Below the pieces are notes generated by a model. That model saw nothing but the letters and a program-made list of their open reading frames with translations. It was not told the origin of the DNA and searched no databases. The translations under genes were made by a program, and so were the position numbers. Positions 18,532 through 28,939 of a stretch of DNA of 35,867 nt are shown one piece after another. This DNA comes from a virus (taxonomy: Duplodnaviria > Heunggongvirae > Uroviricota > Caudoviricetes), in IMG/VR virus record IMGVR_UViG_2563366856_000003, positions 1 to 35,867 of that record; one strand, 5' to 3'. Numbering within the stretch: the stretch's first letter is position 1; each line of letters opens with the position of its first letter.

Positions 18532-18944
18532 GGTTCCCGCCCCTCAAAACGCTGACGGCAGGCCGTACGTATCAGCCGGAAGAACACCGATGCCACGAGA
18601 TAAATCAGCGCGGTAAAAATCCACCCGGCAGCGACCAGCGAGATAAATGTCGCCACCATCACCACCAGAGCTACTGCCCGTCTGCGCCACGGCACCGGCT
18701 GCAAAAACAGCGACGTGACAATCTTCACGGCCAGCGATTCCGGCGGCAGCTCCCGTCCGTAGCGTTCCAGTACATACTCAGTGGCATACACACCGACACC
18801 ACCGGCAACCACACAGATAACCGTCGCCAGAATCGCCCAGGTGGCGACAAAACTGACGGCCACGCTCTGCGGGTAAATCAGGGACAGTGCCAGCATCAGC
18901 GCCAGCGACACGTTCAGCATCTGTGAAAGGGATAATTTCTTCAT
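18519..18944 (-). CDS. lysA: Lysis regulatory membrane protein LysA
   Basis: 141-aa multi-TM ORF matching P2 LysA. Confidence 0.9.
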   Translation of the reverse strand: MKKLSLSQMLNVSLALMLALSLIYPQSVAVSFVATWAILATVICVVAGGVGVYATEYVLERYGRELPPESLAVKIVTSLFLQPVPWRRRAVALVVMVATFISLVAAGWIFTALIYLVASVFFRLIRTACRQRFEGREPCQG

Positions 18945-18958
18945 GGTGTTTACTCCGT

Positions 18959-19456
18959 TTAAGCCGGTACGCCGCCAGCGGTACGCCAGACGGTGACCAG
19001 TTTTTCCAGTGAATGCTCACGCTGACCGTAACCGGCACCCGGCAGGGACGCCCAGATATTGCGACAGCGTGAAATGGCGCGCTCAATGCGTCCCGCCCGG
19101 ATGTCATCCAGTGCACCGCGTTCGCGGATCAACTGAATGGCGAGCCTGTCCTGTGACAACGGACTGAAATCCGGCAGGGCAAGCTGTTTGCGGTAGTGCG
19201 GCCAGAACAGGTAAAGCTGCTGATAGCGACCGGAGGCCGTGGATTTTTCACCGCGACGGTTAAACACCTTCGCCGGTCGGCCATGCGCGAACGGGTGGTC
19301 ACTGTAGTCGGTGAAAATTTCCGGCTTTCCGTCCAGTCCGGTGACTATCACGTCATAGCCCCGGTTTTTCGTCAGCGGATGATTCGCCGTCCCTTCGGAC
19401 ACGGCCAGCATGTCGAGAAAGGCGGCGATATTCTGATGCGTGTTAATTACCGGCAT
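18959..19456 (-). CDS. K: Endolysin K (lysozyme)
   Basis: 165-aa ORF matching P2 gpK. Confidence 0.95.
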   Translation of the reverse strand: MPVINTHQNIAAFLDMLAVSEGTANHPLTKNRGYDVIVTGLDGKPEIFTDYSDHPFAHGRPAKVFNRRGEKSTASGRYQQLYLFWPHYRKQLALPDFSPLSQDRLAIQLIRERGALDDIRAGRIERAISRCRNIWASLPGAGYGQREHSLEKLVTVWRTAGGVPA

Positions 19457-19737
19457 TACGGTTTCCCCCTGCCCTTAAAGCGGCGCTGAATGGCAATCTC
19501 AATCACCTGATAACCGGCGATACCCAGCATGGAGCCGATGCCGCACACCGCAGGCAGTGACAGGTCAGGAAACTGCACCAGAACAACACCGGCAACCATC
19601 GAGACAAAACCACCGAGCAACATGCGCCCGATAAACAGACGCGGGGTGATGGGTTCACCACCGGCAAGCACCTTGCCGACAACAATCAGCACCCCAATCA
19701 TGAAAAGCGACAGGACGCTTTTTTCTTCTGCTGTCAT
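19456..19737 (-). CDS. Y: Holin Y
   Basis: 93-aa ORF with TM helices matching P2 gpY. Confidence 0.95.
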   Translation of the reverse strand: MTAEEKSVLSLFMIGVLIVVGKVLAGGEPITPRLFIGRMLLGGFVSMVAGVVLVQFPDLSLPAVCGIGSMLGIAGYQVIEIAIQRRFKGRGKP

Positions 19738-19740
19738 GCG

Positions 19741-19944
19741 TTACTCCCACAGATTGACAGTTTCAGCCACGGGCGCGGTCTGAACGTCGGGCAGTTCGAC
19801 GGCGGTGCCGTGTGGCAGCACCGCGCCCAGTTCAGCCAGTCCCGGATTTGCGGCGAGCACGGTCTCGACCACGCCCTCAGTGCGCCCGTAATACCGGACA
19901 CAAATGGCGTCGAGCGTGTCGCCCTGTAGCGCAAAGGTCTTCAT
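19741..19944 (-). CDS. X: Tail protein X
   Basis: 67-aa product from internal ATG (MKTFALQGDTLDAICVRYYGRTEG...) matching P2 gpX. Confidence 0.9.
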   Translation of the reverse strand: MKTFALQGDTLDAICVRYYGRTEGVVETVLAANPGLAELGAVLPHGTAVELPDVQTAPVAETVNLWE

Positions 19945-20453
19945 CAGATTTGACTCACAATGCAGCGCGGCTTGTCCTGGATACGCGCCACCGCCCAGCG
20001 CATATCCCGCCACAGTTCATCAATGGTGCTGTCAATGCTGTCGGCCTTCTTGTCGCCTTTCGCACTGGCATCCACGCCGCGATAACGCTCATAAAGCGAC
20101 GCGGTCGCCATCGCACACACGGCGCGCTCGTAGTAAAAAACTTTGATGCTTTCACCGTCGATGTCGTCCGCCGGAACGTCCGCCAGACGCGTAAAACCGG
20201 CGGCAATTTTCTGTTCGCGGTACTCGTACAGCTCCGCATTCGTCTCCGCCATGCCTGACTTGATGGCCTCACGCAGACGGGCGGGGGCGACGGTCTGCTC
20301 AAGGCGCATACGTTCCCGGACGCGCTTCGGGTCGATATCGGGAAAAAAGAACGTGTTTTTAATCACCGGCTCGTCGCCTGCCGGTTGCGGGATGACCACC
20401 GTACCCTCACCGGACACGGGAGCCTCCTTTCGCGGAATAATCAGCGTCATCAT
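19944..20453 (-). CDS. L: Capsid completion protein L
   Basis: 169-aa product from internal MMTLIIPRKEAP... matching P2 gpL. Confidence 0.9.
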   Translation of the reverse strand: MMTLIIPRKEAPVSGEGTVVIPQPAGDEPVIKNTFFFPDIDPKRVRERMRLEQTVAPARLREAIKSGMAETNAELYEYREQKIAAGFTRLADVPADDIDGESIKVFYYERAVCAMATASLYERYRGVDASAKGDKKADSIDSTIDELWRDMRWAVARIQDKPRCIVSQI

Positions 20454-20552
20454 GACTACCTCTGAAAAGTCGGGCGGTGGACGCCGGTGCAGTGTCAGGT
20501 GATTCACCCTCACTGACCGGCGTGCCGCCCTGGCGCGGGGCGCATTCGGTTG

Positions 20553-21296
20553 TTAACTGGCTTTCTTTTTCGGGCGTCCACGTTTTGCCGGTGTCACGCT
20601 CCGGGTCTTACGCGGGGCGCGGGTGACCGCTTTTGGCTGCGGCTCCGGCTTCGGTTTCAGCTCCCGCTCCAGTCGTTCAATCTCTTTTTTGACGCCTGCC
20701 TGACAGTCGAGCTGTGTCGCACGTTGCAGGTGAGCCAGCGCACCGGCGGCATCACCAGCGTCACGCAGAAACAGACCGGTGATTTTGTGCAGCTTTGCGC
20801 GCACTTCATCAGGCATGTCAGCCGTGGCGGTCAGTTCAAGGGTCTCCGTCAGCAGGCGGATATCCACAGATTCACCGGCAGCGTGAGCGCGCATGGCCGC
20901 GAGTGCGACCTCCTCGGTGAACATGTACGGCGGGGTGCGGCGGTGTTTACCCGGCATGGTCAGACCGTACTTCAGGGCATAACGGGCAATCTCCAGCGCA
21001 CCGGCAATATCGCCGGTATCCAGACGCCACAGCATGACCGTCATCAGAATGTCATCCTGTGCACCTTTGCCCTGCTCCAGCACACCGTTCACCCACGGCA
21101 ACCAGAACGGCAGCAGTTCGCGCTTTTTCGCGGCCTTAAGCTCTTTTGAATAAATCGCTTTCAGTGTGCGCTGGTCTGCGGCCAGCTTGACCAGCATCTG
21201 CTCATAGACAGTTGCATGTCGCAGCGGGGCGGCTTCCCGCTGCGCGGTCATCGCTGCCGAGACCCGCATCATGTGGCGCTGTGCGGGACTCGTCAT
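20553..21296 (-). CDS. M: Terminase small (endonuclease) subunit M
   Basis: 247-aa ORF matching P2 gpM. Confidence 0.95.
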   Translation of the reverse strand: MTSPAQRHMMRVSAAMTAQREAAPLRHATVYEQMLVKLAADQRTLKAIYSKELKAAKKRELLPFWLPWVNGVLEQGKGAQDDILMTVMLWRLDTGDIAGALEIARYALKYGLTMPGKHRRTPPYMFTEEVALAAMRAHAAGESVDIRLLTETLELTATADMPDEVRAKLHKITGLFLRDAGDAAGALAHLQRATQLDCQAGVKKEIERLERELKPKPEPQPKAVTRAPRKTRSVTPAKRGRPKKKAS

Positions 21297-21299
21297 CGG

Positions 21300-22373
21300 T
21301 TACGCTCCCGGCTCTGCGGTCGCCTTAGCCGGTGTGGAGAAATCACCGACCTTGATTTTTTCCACCAGACAACCGGCGGCGTAGTCTTCCACCACGTAAT
21401 CAATGTTCATTGACTCGTAGTTCTCCACGCGGTCGAGTTTCGGGTTTTCCACAATCACGCGGCGATGGCTGTCATCCATGTAGTAGATGGACAGGTTTTC
21501 CAGCTTCGTGATGAGCATCGCATCCGCCGGGAAGTACGGGACGCGTACCGCTGGCAGGTTACCGATGCGTTTCTGGCTGATGATGACGTCAGCGGCCAGC
21601 ATTTCGCTGTTGTCCTGCTCCTTGTTAACGATGGGGAAATACTTGTCCGCCAGTAGCTGACGCCCCACAATCACCACAAGGTCAGGGTCTTCCTGATACC
21701 ACGGTTCAATCAGGTTGTTGGTCGCATCCATCACCAGTGCGTCGAGGCTTACATAATCACCGCCCTTACCCACGCGGATAACCTCAGAGGTGGTGTGCCC
21801 TTCCTCGTCAGTGACCTTGCTCATCACGCGCGCCGGGGCTTCATTGCGGTATTTCTGCAGCCAGCCGACCGCCACATCCTGCAGCATCGGATTGCTGCTG
21901 CGGTCAGAGGTTTCGGCACGCTTCACGCCGTTAAAACCGGCCATGATTAAATCAAGGGACTGGCGTTTGATAATGGCGTTACGGACACGGAGCTGGAAAT
22001 CCTGATAACGCGCCCACAGGTCCAGCGTTTTGTAGCGGATATAAAAATCGAAGTTAATCTGGTCGCATTCGTACTTGTTTGACGCCAGCTTCGAGAAGTC
22101 CTTCGGCTGACGCTCGGTGCCACCGGCGGTGTCGGTGGTGCTGGCGATGGAGCCGGTGACACCGATGCCAATTTTTTCCCCTTTCATTTCGCTGACCGGC
22201 ACAATGTTGATGCGGGTCAGAAAGTCAGAGGACTCCTGCATGGTGTTCATCAGGGTCTGGGTGACCGACGGTTCAACGGTGAATTTTTTCGACACATCAC
22301 CGGCGTCGATGCCGTTCAGTTCGGCAACACGGGACAGGTAGGCATTAAATTTAAAGCGGGTTTCCTGGCGCAT
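21300..22373 (-). CDS. N: Major capsid protein N
   Basis: 357-aa ORF matching P2 gpN. Confidence 0.95.
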   Translation of the reverse strand: MRQETRFKFNAYLSRVAELNGIDAGDVSKKFTVEPSVTQTLMNTMQESSDFLTRINIVPVSEMKGEKIGIGVTGSIASTTDTAGGTERQPKDFSKLASNKYECDQINFDFYIRYKTLDLWARYQDFQLRVRNAIIKRQSLDLIMAGFNGVKRAETSDRSSNPMLQDVAVGWLQKYRNEAPARVMSKVTDEEGHTTSEVIRVGKGGDYVSLDALVMDATNNLIEPWYQEDPDLVVIVGRQLLADKYFPIVNKEQDNSEMLAADVIISQKRIGNLPAVRVPYFPADAMLITKLENLSIYYMDDSHRRVIVENPKLDRVENYESMNIDYVVEDYAAGCLVEKIKVGDFSTPAKATAEPGA

Positions 22374-22431
22374 AGTTTTTCCTGAAATTAAGGGTTAATC
22401 GTGAAGGTTTTCCCGGACTGACTGACGCCGG

Positions 22432-23286
22432 TCAGCAGTTCGTCATCAGGGCGTCACCGCCACCACCGGTGGCCTTGCTGCGGCGCTGCTGGGTCAGACT
22501 TTCGGTGTGGTCGAGACTGTTTTTCAGGCGGGTGAATGCCTGGCTGGTTTCATCCGCCCTGTCAGTCACATCCTGCTTAAGTGCGGAAAAAGCGGTTTCC
22601 ATCTCAGCGAGGCGCTGCTCAGTGGCGCTCAGTTTTTCCTGCACATGTTCAGCAACAGCGGTCACCGCTTCATGCACGTCATTCAGACGGGCGTCATCGC
22701 TGGCCTGTTTGCGGCCAAAAATGGACTTCACCTTTTCGGTCAGGGCGGTGAACACGGTTTCAGGCAGGTCTTCAAATTCCAGCTCAACGGGCGTTGCCAC
22801 TGAAATCAGGTTTTCAGGGCTTAATTTGAAGCGGTTCAGGGGGTTGTGTTTTGCCGTGCGGCAGAATTCCAGGTATTCCGTGCCGAGGCTTGCCGGGTCA
22901 TCGGTGACGGCCAGACCCACCAGATAACATTTGCCTGTATTGGCAAAGTTCGGCTGAATTTCCATTGAGGTATAGACCTTCTGCGCGGCCTTGTTCATCG
23001 CGATAAGGTCATCGGTCGGGGTGATTTTCGCAAACAGCGCCCATTTGCCTTTCAGCGCCGAATCATCGTCAATCTTTTCGGCCTTCAGTTCGACCACATC
23101 GCCATAACGCTTAAAAATACCGTCAGGCAGGACGCCGCGCAGATGTTCCAGGTTAATGCGGCAACCATAGACTCGCGGGTCAAAGGTTTCGGCCATTTCC
23201 TGAATATCCTGCGCACTGATGACACGCCCGTCACAGGTGTCACCCTCAACGCCGATACGAAAGAATTTTGAGACTTTTTTTGCCAT
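22432..23286 (-). CDS. O: Capsid scaffolding protein O
   Basis: 284-aa product from internal MAKKVSKFFRIGVEGDTCDGR... matching P2 gpO. Confidence 0.9.
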   Translation of the reverse strand: MAKKVSKFFRIGVEGDTCDGRVISAQDIQEMAETFDPRVYGCRINLEHLRGVLPDGIFKRYGDVVELKAEKIDDDSALKGKWALFAKITPTDDLIAMNKAAQKVYTSMEIQPNFANTGKCYLVGLAVTDDPASLGTEYLEFCRTAKHNPLNRFKLSPENLISVATPVELEFEDLPETVFTALTEKVKSIFGRKQASDDARLNDVHEAVTAVAEHVQEKLSATEQRLAEMETAFSALKQDVTDRADETSQAFTRLKNSLDHTESLTQQRRSKATGGGGDALMTNC

Positions 23287-23459
23287 TGTCAGGAGTCCTG
23301 AATAGTGATTAGAGGAGTCACATGTCGGCATCAGTTTCCCGACGATGCGCATCCTCCGCCATCAGTCCCGGATGGCTTATCACTGACACAACAGCACCTT
23401 AGCGAATCGCGGGGCGCGACTCAGTAGCCTTGCCGTGTATTCATCACGGCGAGGTATTC
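23287..23459. promoter_or_regulatory. Divergent late promoter region between O and P (expected Ogr-dependent promoters)
   Basis: Intergenic region between divergently oriented O and P, position equivalent to P2 late promoters; individual promoter elements not resolved by eye. Confidence 0.4.
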
Positions 23460-25232
23460 ATGACCATCACCACAGACACCACTCTTTTACACGACCCGCG
23501 TCGTCAGGCGGCGCTGCTGTACTGGCAGGGGTTTTCCGTGCCGCAGATTGCCGCCATGTTGCAGATGAAACGCCCGACGGTGCAGAGCTGGAAACAGCGC
23601 GACGGCTGGGACAGCGTTGCCCCCATCAGCCGTGTCGAAATGAGTCTGGAAGCGCGGCTGACCCAGCTCATCATCAAACCGCAGAAAACCGGCGGTGACT
23701 TCAAGGAAATTGACCTGCTGGGACGCCAGATTGAACGGCTGGCGCGGGTCAACCGCTACAGTCAGACCGGCAACGAGGCAGACCTTAATCCGAACGTCGC
23801 TAACCGCAACAAAGGCGGGCGTCGCAAACCGAAAAAGAATTTTTTCAGTGATGAGGCCATCGAAAAGCTGGAGCAGATTTTCTTTGAGCAGTCTTTCGAC
23901 TATCAGTTGCACTGGTATCGCGCCGGGCTTGAGCACCGCATCCGCGATATCCTGAAATCCCGCCAGATTGGCGCGACGTTTTATTTTTCCCGCGAGGCGC
24001 TGCTGCGCGCCCTGAAAACCGGTCATAACCAGATTTTTCTGTCGGCCAGTAAAACGCAGGCGTATGTGTTCCGCGAATACATCATCGCCTTTGCCCGGCT
24101 GGTTGACGTTGACCTGACCGGTGACCCGATTGTCCTGGGCAATAACGGCGCAAAACTGATTTTTCTCGGCACCAACTCCAACACCGCGCAGAGCCATAAC
24201 GGCGACCTGTACGTCGATGAGATTTTCTGGATCCCGAATTTTCAGGTACTGCGTAAGGTGGCATCAGGTATGGCCTCACAGAGTCACCTGCGCTCGACCT
24301 ATTTCTCCACCCCGTCCACGCTGGCGCACGACGCCTATCCGTTCTGGTCGGGTGAACTGTTCAACCGGGGACGCGCCAGCGCCGCCGAACGCGTGGAAAT
24401 CGACGTCAGTCATAACGCCCTTGCCGGTGGGCTTCTCTGTGCGGACGGCCAGTGGCGGCAGATTGTCACCATTGAGGACGCCCTGAAAGGTGGCTGCACG
24501 CTGTTCGACATTGAGCAGCTTAAACGCGAAAACAGCGCCGACGATTTTAAAAACCTGTTCATGTGTGAATTTGTTGACGACAAGGCGTCGGTATTCCCGT
24601 TCGAGGAGCTGCAACGCTGCATGGTCGACACGCTGGAAGAATGGGAAGACTATGCGCCGTTTGCCGCGAATCCGTTCGGCTCCCGCCCGGTCTGGATTGG
24701 TTACGACCCGTCACACCGTGGCGACAGTGCCGGATGCGTGGTGCTGGCACCGCCGGTGGTGGCCGGTGGCAAATTCAGAATACTTGAGCGTCACCAGTGG
24801 AAAGGCATGGACTTTGCCACCCAGGCTGAATCCATCCGCAAACTCACCGAAAAATACAACGTCGAATACATCGGTATTGATGCCACCGGCCTCGGTGTCG
24901 GCGTGTTCCAGCTCGTGCGCTCGTTCTATCCCGCCGCGCGCGACATCCGCTACACGCCGGAAATGAAAACCGCAATGGTGCTCAAGGCAAAAGACGTCAT
25001 CCGCCGTGGCTGTCTGGAATACGACGTCAGCGCCACCGACATCACCAGCTCGTTTATGGCTATCCGCAAGACCATGACCAGCAGCGGACGCAGTGCCACC
25101 TATGAAGCTAGCCGCAGCGAGGAAGCCAGCCACGCCGACCTCGCCTGGGCGACCATGCACGCCCTGTTAAATGAGCCACTCACCGCCGGTATCAGCACCC
25201 CGCTGACATCCACCATTCTGGAGTTTTACTGA
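23460..25232 (+). CDS. P: Terminase large (ATPase) subunit P
   Basis: 590-aa product from ATG at 23460 (MTITTDTTLLHDPRRQAALLYWQGF...) preceded by GAGG; matches P2 gpP. Confidence 0.9.
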   Translation: MTITTDTTLLHDPRRQAALLYWQGFSVPQIAAMLQMKRPTVQSWKQRDGWDSVAPISRVEMSLEARLTQLIIKPQKTGGDFKEIDLLGRQIERLARVNRYSQTGNEADLNPNVANRNKGGRRKPKKNFFSDEAIEKLEQIFFEQSFDYQLHWYRAGLEHRIRDILKSRQIGATFYFSREALLRALKTGHNQIFLSASKTQAYVFREYIIAFARLVDVDLTGDPIVLGNNGAKLIFLGTNSNTAQSHNGDLYVDEIFWIPNFQVLRKVASGMASQSHLRSTYFSTPSTLAHDAYPFWSGELFNRGRASAAERVEIDVSHNALAGGLLCADGQWRQIVTIEDALKGGCTLFDIEQLKRENSADDFKNLFMCEFVDDKASVFPFEELQRCMVDTLEEWEDYAPFAANPFGSRPVWIGYDPSHRGDSAGCVVLAPPVVAGGKFRILERHQWKGMDFATQAESIRKLTEKYNVEYIGIDATGLGVGVFQLVRSFYPAARDIRYTPEMKTAMVLKAKDVIRRGCLEYDVSATDITSSFMAIRKTMTSSGRSATYEASRSEEASHADLAWATMHALLNEPLTAGISTPLTSTILEFY

Positions 25233-26266
25233 TGAGCAAGAAAAAAGGGAAAACACCGCAACCTGCGGCAAAAAAAATGACCGCCAGCGCCCCGAAAATG
25301 GCGGCATTCACCTTTGGTGAGCCGGTGCCGGTACTCGACCGCCGTGATATTCTGGATTACGTCGAGTGCATCAGTAACGGCAGATGGTATGAGCCACCGG
25401 TCAGCTTTACCGGTCTGGCAAAAAGCCTGCGTGCTGCCGTGCATCACAGCTCACCGATTTACGTCAAACGTAATATTCTGGCCTCAACGTTTATCCCGCA
25501 CCCGTGGCTTTCCCAGCAGGATTTCAGCCGCTTTGTGCTGGATTTTCTGGTGTTCGGTAATGCGTTTCTGGAAAAGCGTTACAGCACTACCGGTAAGGTC
25601 ATCAGACTGGAAACCTCACCGGCAAAATATACCCGCCGTGGGGTGGAGGAGGATGTTTACTGGTGGGTGCCGTCCTTCAACGAGCCGACACCTTTCACGC
25701 CCGGCTCCGTGTTTCACCTGCTGGAGCCGGATATTAATCAGGAGCTGTACGGCCTGCCGGAATATCTCAGCGCCCTTAACTCTGCCTGGCTGAATGAGTC
25801 GGCCACGCTGTTCCGCCGCAAGTATTACGAAAACGGCGCACATGCCGGATACATCATGTACGTCACTGATGCCGTGCAGGATCGCAACGATATCGAAATG
25901 CTTCGCGAAAACATGGTGAAGTCGAAAGGCCGCAACAACTTTAAAAACCTGTTTCTCTATGCCCCACAGGGAAAAGCCGACGGCATTAAAATTATCCCGC
26001 TCAGTGAAGTGGCGACGAAGGACGATTTTTTTAATATCAAAAAAGCCAGTGCCGCAGACCTGCTGGACGCGCACCGCATCCCCTTTCAGTTGATGGGCGG
26101 CAAGCCGGAGAACGTCGGGTCGCTGGGTGATATTGAGAAAGTGGCAAAGGTCTTTGTCCGCAATGAGCTTATCCCGTTACAGGACAGGATCCGTGAGATA
26201 AACGGCTGGCTCGGTCAGGAGGTCATCCGCTTTAAAAACTACTCACTGGACACTGACAACGGCTGA
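25232..26266 (+). CDS. Q: Portal protein Q
   Basis: 344-aa ORF matching P2 gpQ; start overlaps P stop. Confidence 0.95.
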   Translation: MSKKKGKTPQPAAKKMTASAPKMAAFTFGEPVPVLDRRDILDYVECISNGRWYEPPVSFTGLAKSLRAAVHHSSPIYVKRNILASTFIPHPWLSQQDFSRFVLDFLVFGNAFLEKRYSTTGKVIRLETSPAKYTRRGVEEDVYWWVPSFNEPTPFTPGSVFHLLEPDINQELYGLPEYLSALNSAWLNESATLFRRKYYENGAHAGYIMYVTDAVQDRNDIEMLRENMVKSKGRNNFKNLFLYAPQGKADGIKIIPLSEVATKDDFFNIKKASAADLLDAHRIPFQLMGGKPENVGSLGDIEKVAKVFVRNELIPLQDRIREINGWLGQEVIRFKNYSLDTDNG

Positions 26267-26271
26267 ACATC

Positions 26272-26293
26272 GCCGCCTGCGGGCGGCTTTTTT
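26272..26293 (+). terminator. Intrinsic terminator after Q
   Basis: GCCGCC-TGCG-GGCGGC hairpin followed by TTTTTT directly after the Q stop. Confidence 0.55.
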
Positions 26294-26434
26294 ACACCCC
26301 GTCATCACGCCCTCACACGCTCACCACCGCACAAAACACCCCGCAGACACACCAACGCCCCGGCGCACAATCTAAACGCCATCACGACGCGCTGAGACGC
26401 TAAAAAATAAAATCAGCACCACCGCCAGCGCGCA

Positions 26435-26453
26435 GTGCTTTCCCCGCCTCGCC
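26435..26453. other. cos: cos site (19-nt cohesive end of P2-type phages)
   Basis: GTGCTTTCCCCGCCTCGCC is the reverse complement of the recalled P2 cohesive end GGCGAGGCGGGGAAAGCAC; located after Q as in P2. Confidence 0.7.
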
Positions 26454-26595
26454 CGCCCGCTTCGTGGGGCGGTTTTAATGCAGATGCATTATGAGCCCTG
26501 AGCTGCGCCTAACGTGACACAGTTCACGAGAAAAATAGGAATTATCAAATGCAATTTCATGCAGATAGAGAGGCATGAGATCCCGAAGCATATAT

Positions 26596-27948
26596 TCAAC
26601 CCTCTGCCGAAATATTTCTTTGGAGAAATGCTCTAATTTTTTGCCTGAAAGCCTCACATTCATCAGGCTTTAACCTCTCAAGGTATTCAAAAACCCTAGT
26701 TTCATCCCAGCCGTTGTTATAGGTTTTCACTACCCCTCGATAAACTTGCTTATCAAGTTTATCGTTACCTCTAGTTGTAACTCTCGGGATCGATTCATCT
26801 TGGCCGTATGCTTGATAGAAATCCTTCTCAACGCTTTGGAAAGGTATGCATAAAATATTTTCACCTCGAGCATGCCTTTGACCTAATTGATCTCCGTCTA
26901 ACACTGAGATCACATTCTGTTGAGTCGTGAGAAAGCTCTCTCTCTCATTACGACGCATTAAATCAATGACATTAGTTCCTCCACCAACATATATTATTTT
27001 ATATTCGTAGAAGTAATCATTCCCAGGAGCATTAATTATATATTCTAAGAAATTTTGCAGAACTTCATCTTCAGTAAGAATGTACTTATCCCATCCTTTA
27101 AATCCAAAAAGCGTACTTTTTATATAATTATATGATCGATTTGTAATTGTAGTTCCAGCATCACCTTCGCACATATAGTACAATTCATCATCATTCAGCG
27201 TTTGCATTAAAGCAAGTGAATGTGTTGTGAATACAATATTCACCGAGTGTCTCTGACAATATTTCCTTAGCACTGCTATAAGATGGACTTGCGCCGAAGA
27301 GTCTAGTGATATATCTATCTCATCTATGACAATGAATTTTCTTTTGAGCTCAATCATTCTAAATAAATTCAAAATAAAATACTCACCCGAGCTAAAGTAA
27401 TCCTCCCTTATGTATGTTCCGTTCTCATTCAATCTGAAATAGAAAATTTCATTTTTTACAGAAAATGCTTTAAGATTATTGTAAGAAGAAGACTGATATA
27501 CCTCATTGAGTATATTTATCAAATCCTCGGGAACGCTATAGCTTTCAAACGCAATACTTTTTCTAAGTTCAGTATCAATTTTACTAAGTGTTGGGAAGTT
27601 ATTGAACCTCATTCCATGAGGAATGGGCAACTCGACATAAAGATTGGATTTTATATCTGCTGGAATTATTTGCTTAGTATCTATTACCTTCAAATTCTCA
27701 TCATAGACATATACTATATCTTGATCATTAATATTATATACTATACTACTGTCAGGATTGAATATATATCTAGAAGATGTCTTTATGAATGTATCTGCTG
27801 ATTGTAAATTTTTAATTGCTTTGATTAGCGTTGTCTTTCCAGCACCGTTCTTTCCTACAATGCAAGTCAGTTTATTTTCAGAAAGATCAATAGCAAATGA
27901 CATATGTTCAACATGCTGGATTTTCGAGATCTCAATGTTTATTTTCAT
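26596..27948 (-). CDS. OLD-like ABC-type ATPase with C-terminal Toprim-like region (candidate effector of RT-associated defence system)
   Basis: 450-aa ORF: Walker A GKNGAGKTT, signature-like SSGEYF, Walker B FIVIDEID, H-loop TTHS, then TEDE ... VLDGDQ resembling Toprim Glu and DxD; ATG one base after the RT stop; AT-rich. Confidence 0.8.
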   Translation of the reverse strand: MKINIEISKIQHVEHMSFAIDLSENKLTCIVGKNGAGKTTLIKAIKNLQSADTFIKTSSRYIFNPDSSIVYNINDQDIVYVYDENLKVIDTKQIIPADIKSNLYVELPIPHGMRFNNFPTLSKIDTELRKSIAFESYSVPEDLINILNEVYQSSSYNNLKAFSVKNEIFYFRLNENGTYIREDYFSSGEYFILNLFRMIELKRKFIVIDEIDISLDSSAQVHLIAVLRKYCQRHSVNIVFTTHSLALMQTLNDDELYYMCEGDAGTTITNRSYNYIKSTLFGFKGWDKYILTEDEVLQNFLEYIINAPGNDYFYEYKIIYVGGGTNVIDLMRRNERESFLTTQQNVISVLDGDQLGQRHARGENILCIPFQSVEKDFYQAYGQDESIPRVTTRGNDKLDKQVYRGVVKTYNNGWDETRVFEYLERLKPDECEAFRQKIRAFLQRNISAEG

Positions 27949-27949
27949 T

Positions 27950-28939
27950 TTAATTTACATTCTTGTAAAAAAGCATATCGACAATCGTATTTCCGTATTT
28001 TCTCTTTAGCTTATCGAGATAACTCTTATCAATTGTGTTTATATGATTCAAAAGACCAGAAACTGTATTAATGCCCTTTTCCAAGATCTCACTATCATTC
28101 AATCCGCTAGTTTTAACCTTAGGATCTTTTATTATAGAATCTATAAATTTATCTTTATCCGTTACATAAAAATGAATCAAATGCTCAAGCTTTCTTTTTA
28201 TTTTAATATCAACAGAGACTATCTGAGACGGTAAAATAACCATCCCCAGCAGCTTAATCTTACTGCCTTTTTTAATCAATTTAGTTTTTGCTGAGTTTAG
28301 TTTGAAATGTCCCTTCCCAAACTCACCCAGCAGGTCACTTACTACAGAATGAATATTCTCAAAGCCCTCATCATTTTCAGAGGAAATAATAATATCATCT
28401 GAATAGCGTGTGAATATATATTCATGGTTAATACAATATTGCTGCATCTCAACATCAAAGTCATATAAACATGCATTGCTGAAAGCTGGTGATGTCGGGA
28501 ACCCTACAGGCAACGAATTATCGATAATAATATAATCTAAAATTTTATCCAAGTGTATATTTAAATCGGAAATGGGAACGTTCGATAAGTTATCAACTAA
28601 AACTGATCGTGCATATTCACGAGTTATCGATGGGAAAAAGCTTTTAATATCAGTATTGAAGAATATCTTACTACAGGCGTGAAGTTTTACTGCATCATAA
28701 GTGCTGCTTCCTTTTCTATACGAAAACACAACATCCTTATTTACTTTCAAGTATGAAAGAACAAATTCATTTATGAATTTGTGATACTCTTTTAGTTTAG
28801 AAGTGGGCTCAGCAATTAACCTTTCATCAAAGGTTATAAATTTAGTTTGTTGAAATGGTTCAAACGAAAGAAAGTTTTGAAAGGAATCTTTTTCGAAGAA
28901 TGCAATATTGAAGGCTTTTTCGAGACTAAGGGGTTTCAT
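27950..28939 (-). CDS. Reverse transcriptase, retron-type size
   Basis: 329-aa ORF with RT motifs NTDIKSFFPSI (motif A-like), LPVGFPTSPAFSNACL (motif B'), YSDD (YxDD catalytic motif C); AT-rich; sits at the P2 old/tin position. Confidence 0.85.
   Translation of the reverse strand: MKPLSLEKAFNIAFFEKDSFQNFLSFEPFQQTKFITFDERLIAEPTSKLKEYHKFINEFVLSYLKVNKDVVFSYRKGSSTYDAVKLHACSKIFFNTDIKSFFPSITREYARSVLVDNLSNVPISDLNIHLDKILDYIIIDNSLPVGFPTSPAFSNACLYDFDVEMQQYCINHEYIFTRYSDDIIISSENDEGFENIHSVVSDLLGEFGKGHFKLNSAKTKLIKKGSKIKLLGMVILPSQIVSVDIKIKRKLEHLIHFYVTDKDKFIDSIIKDPKVKTSGLNDSEILEKGINTVSGLLNHINTIDKSYLDKLKRKYGNTIVDMLFYKNVN

Noticed and set aside
26475-26663. 62-aa minus-strand ORF overlapping the 3' end of the ATPase gene
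   Set aside because: Overlaps a better-supported gene in another frame; no RBS
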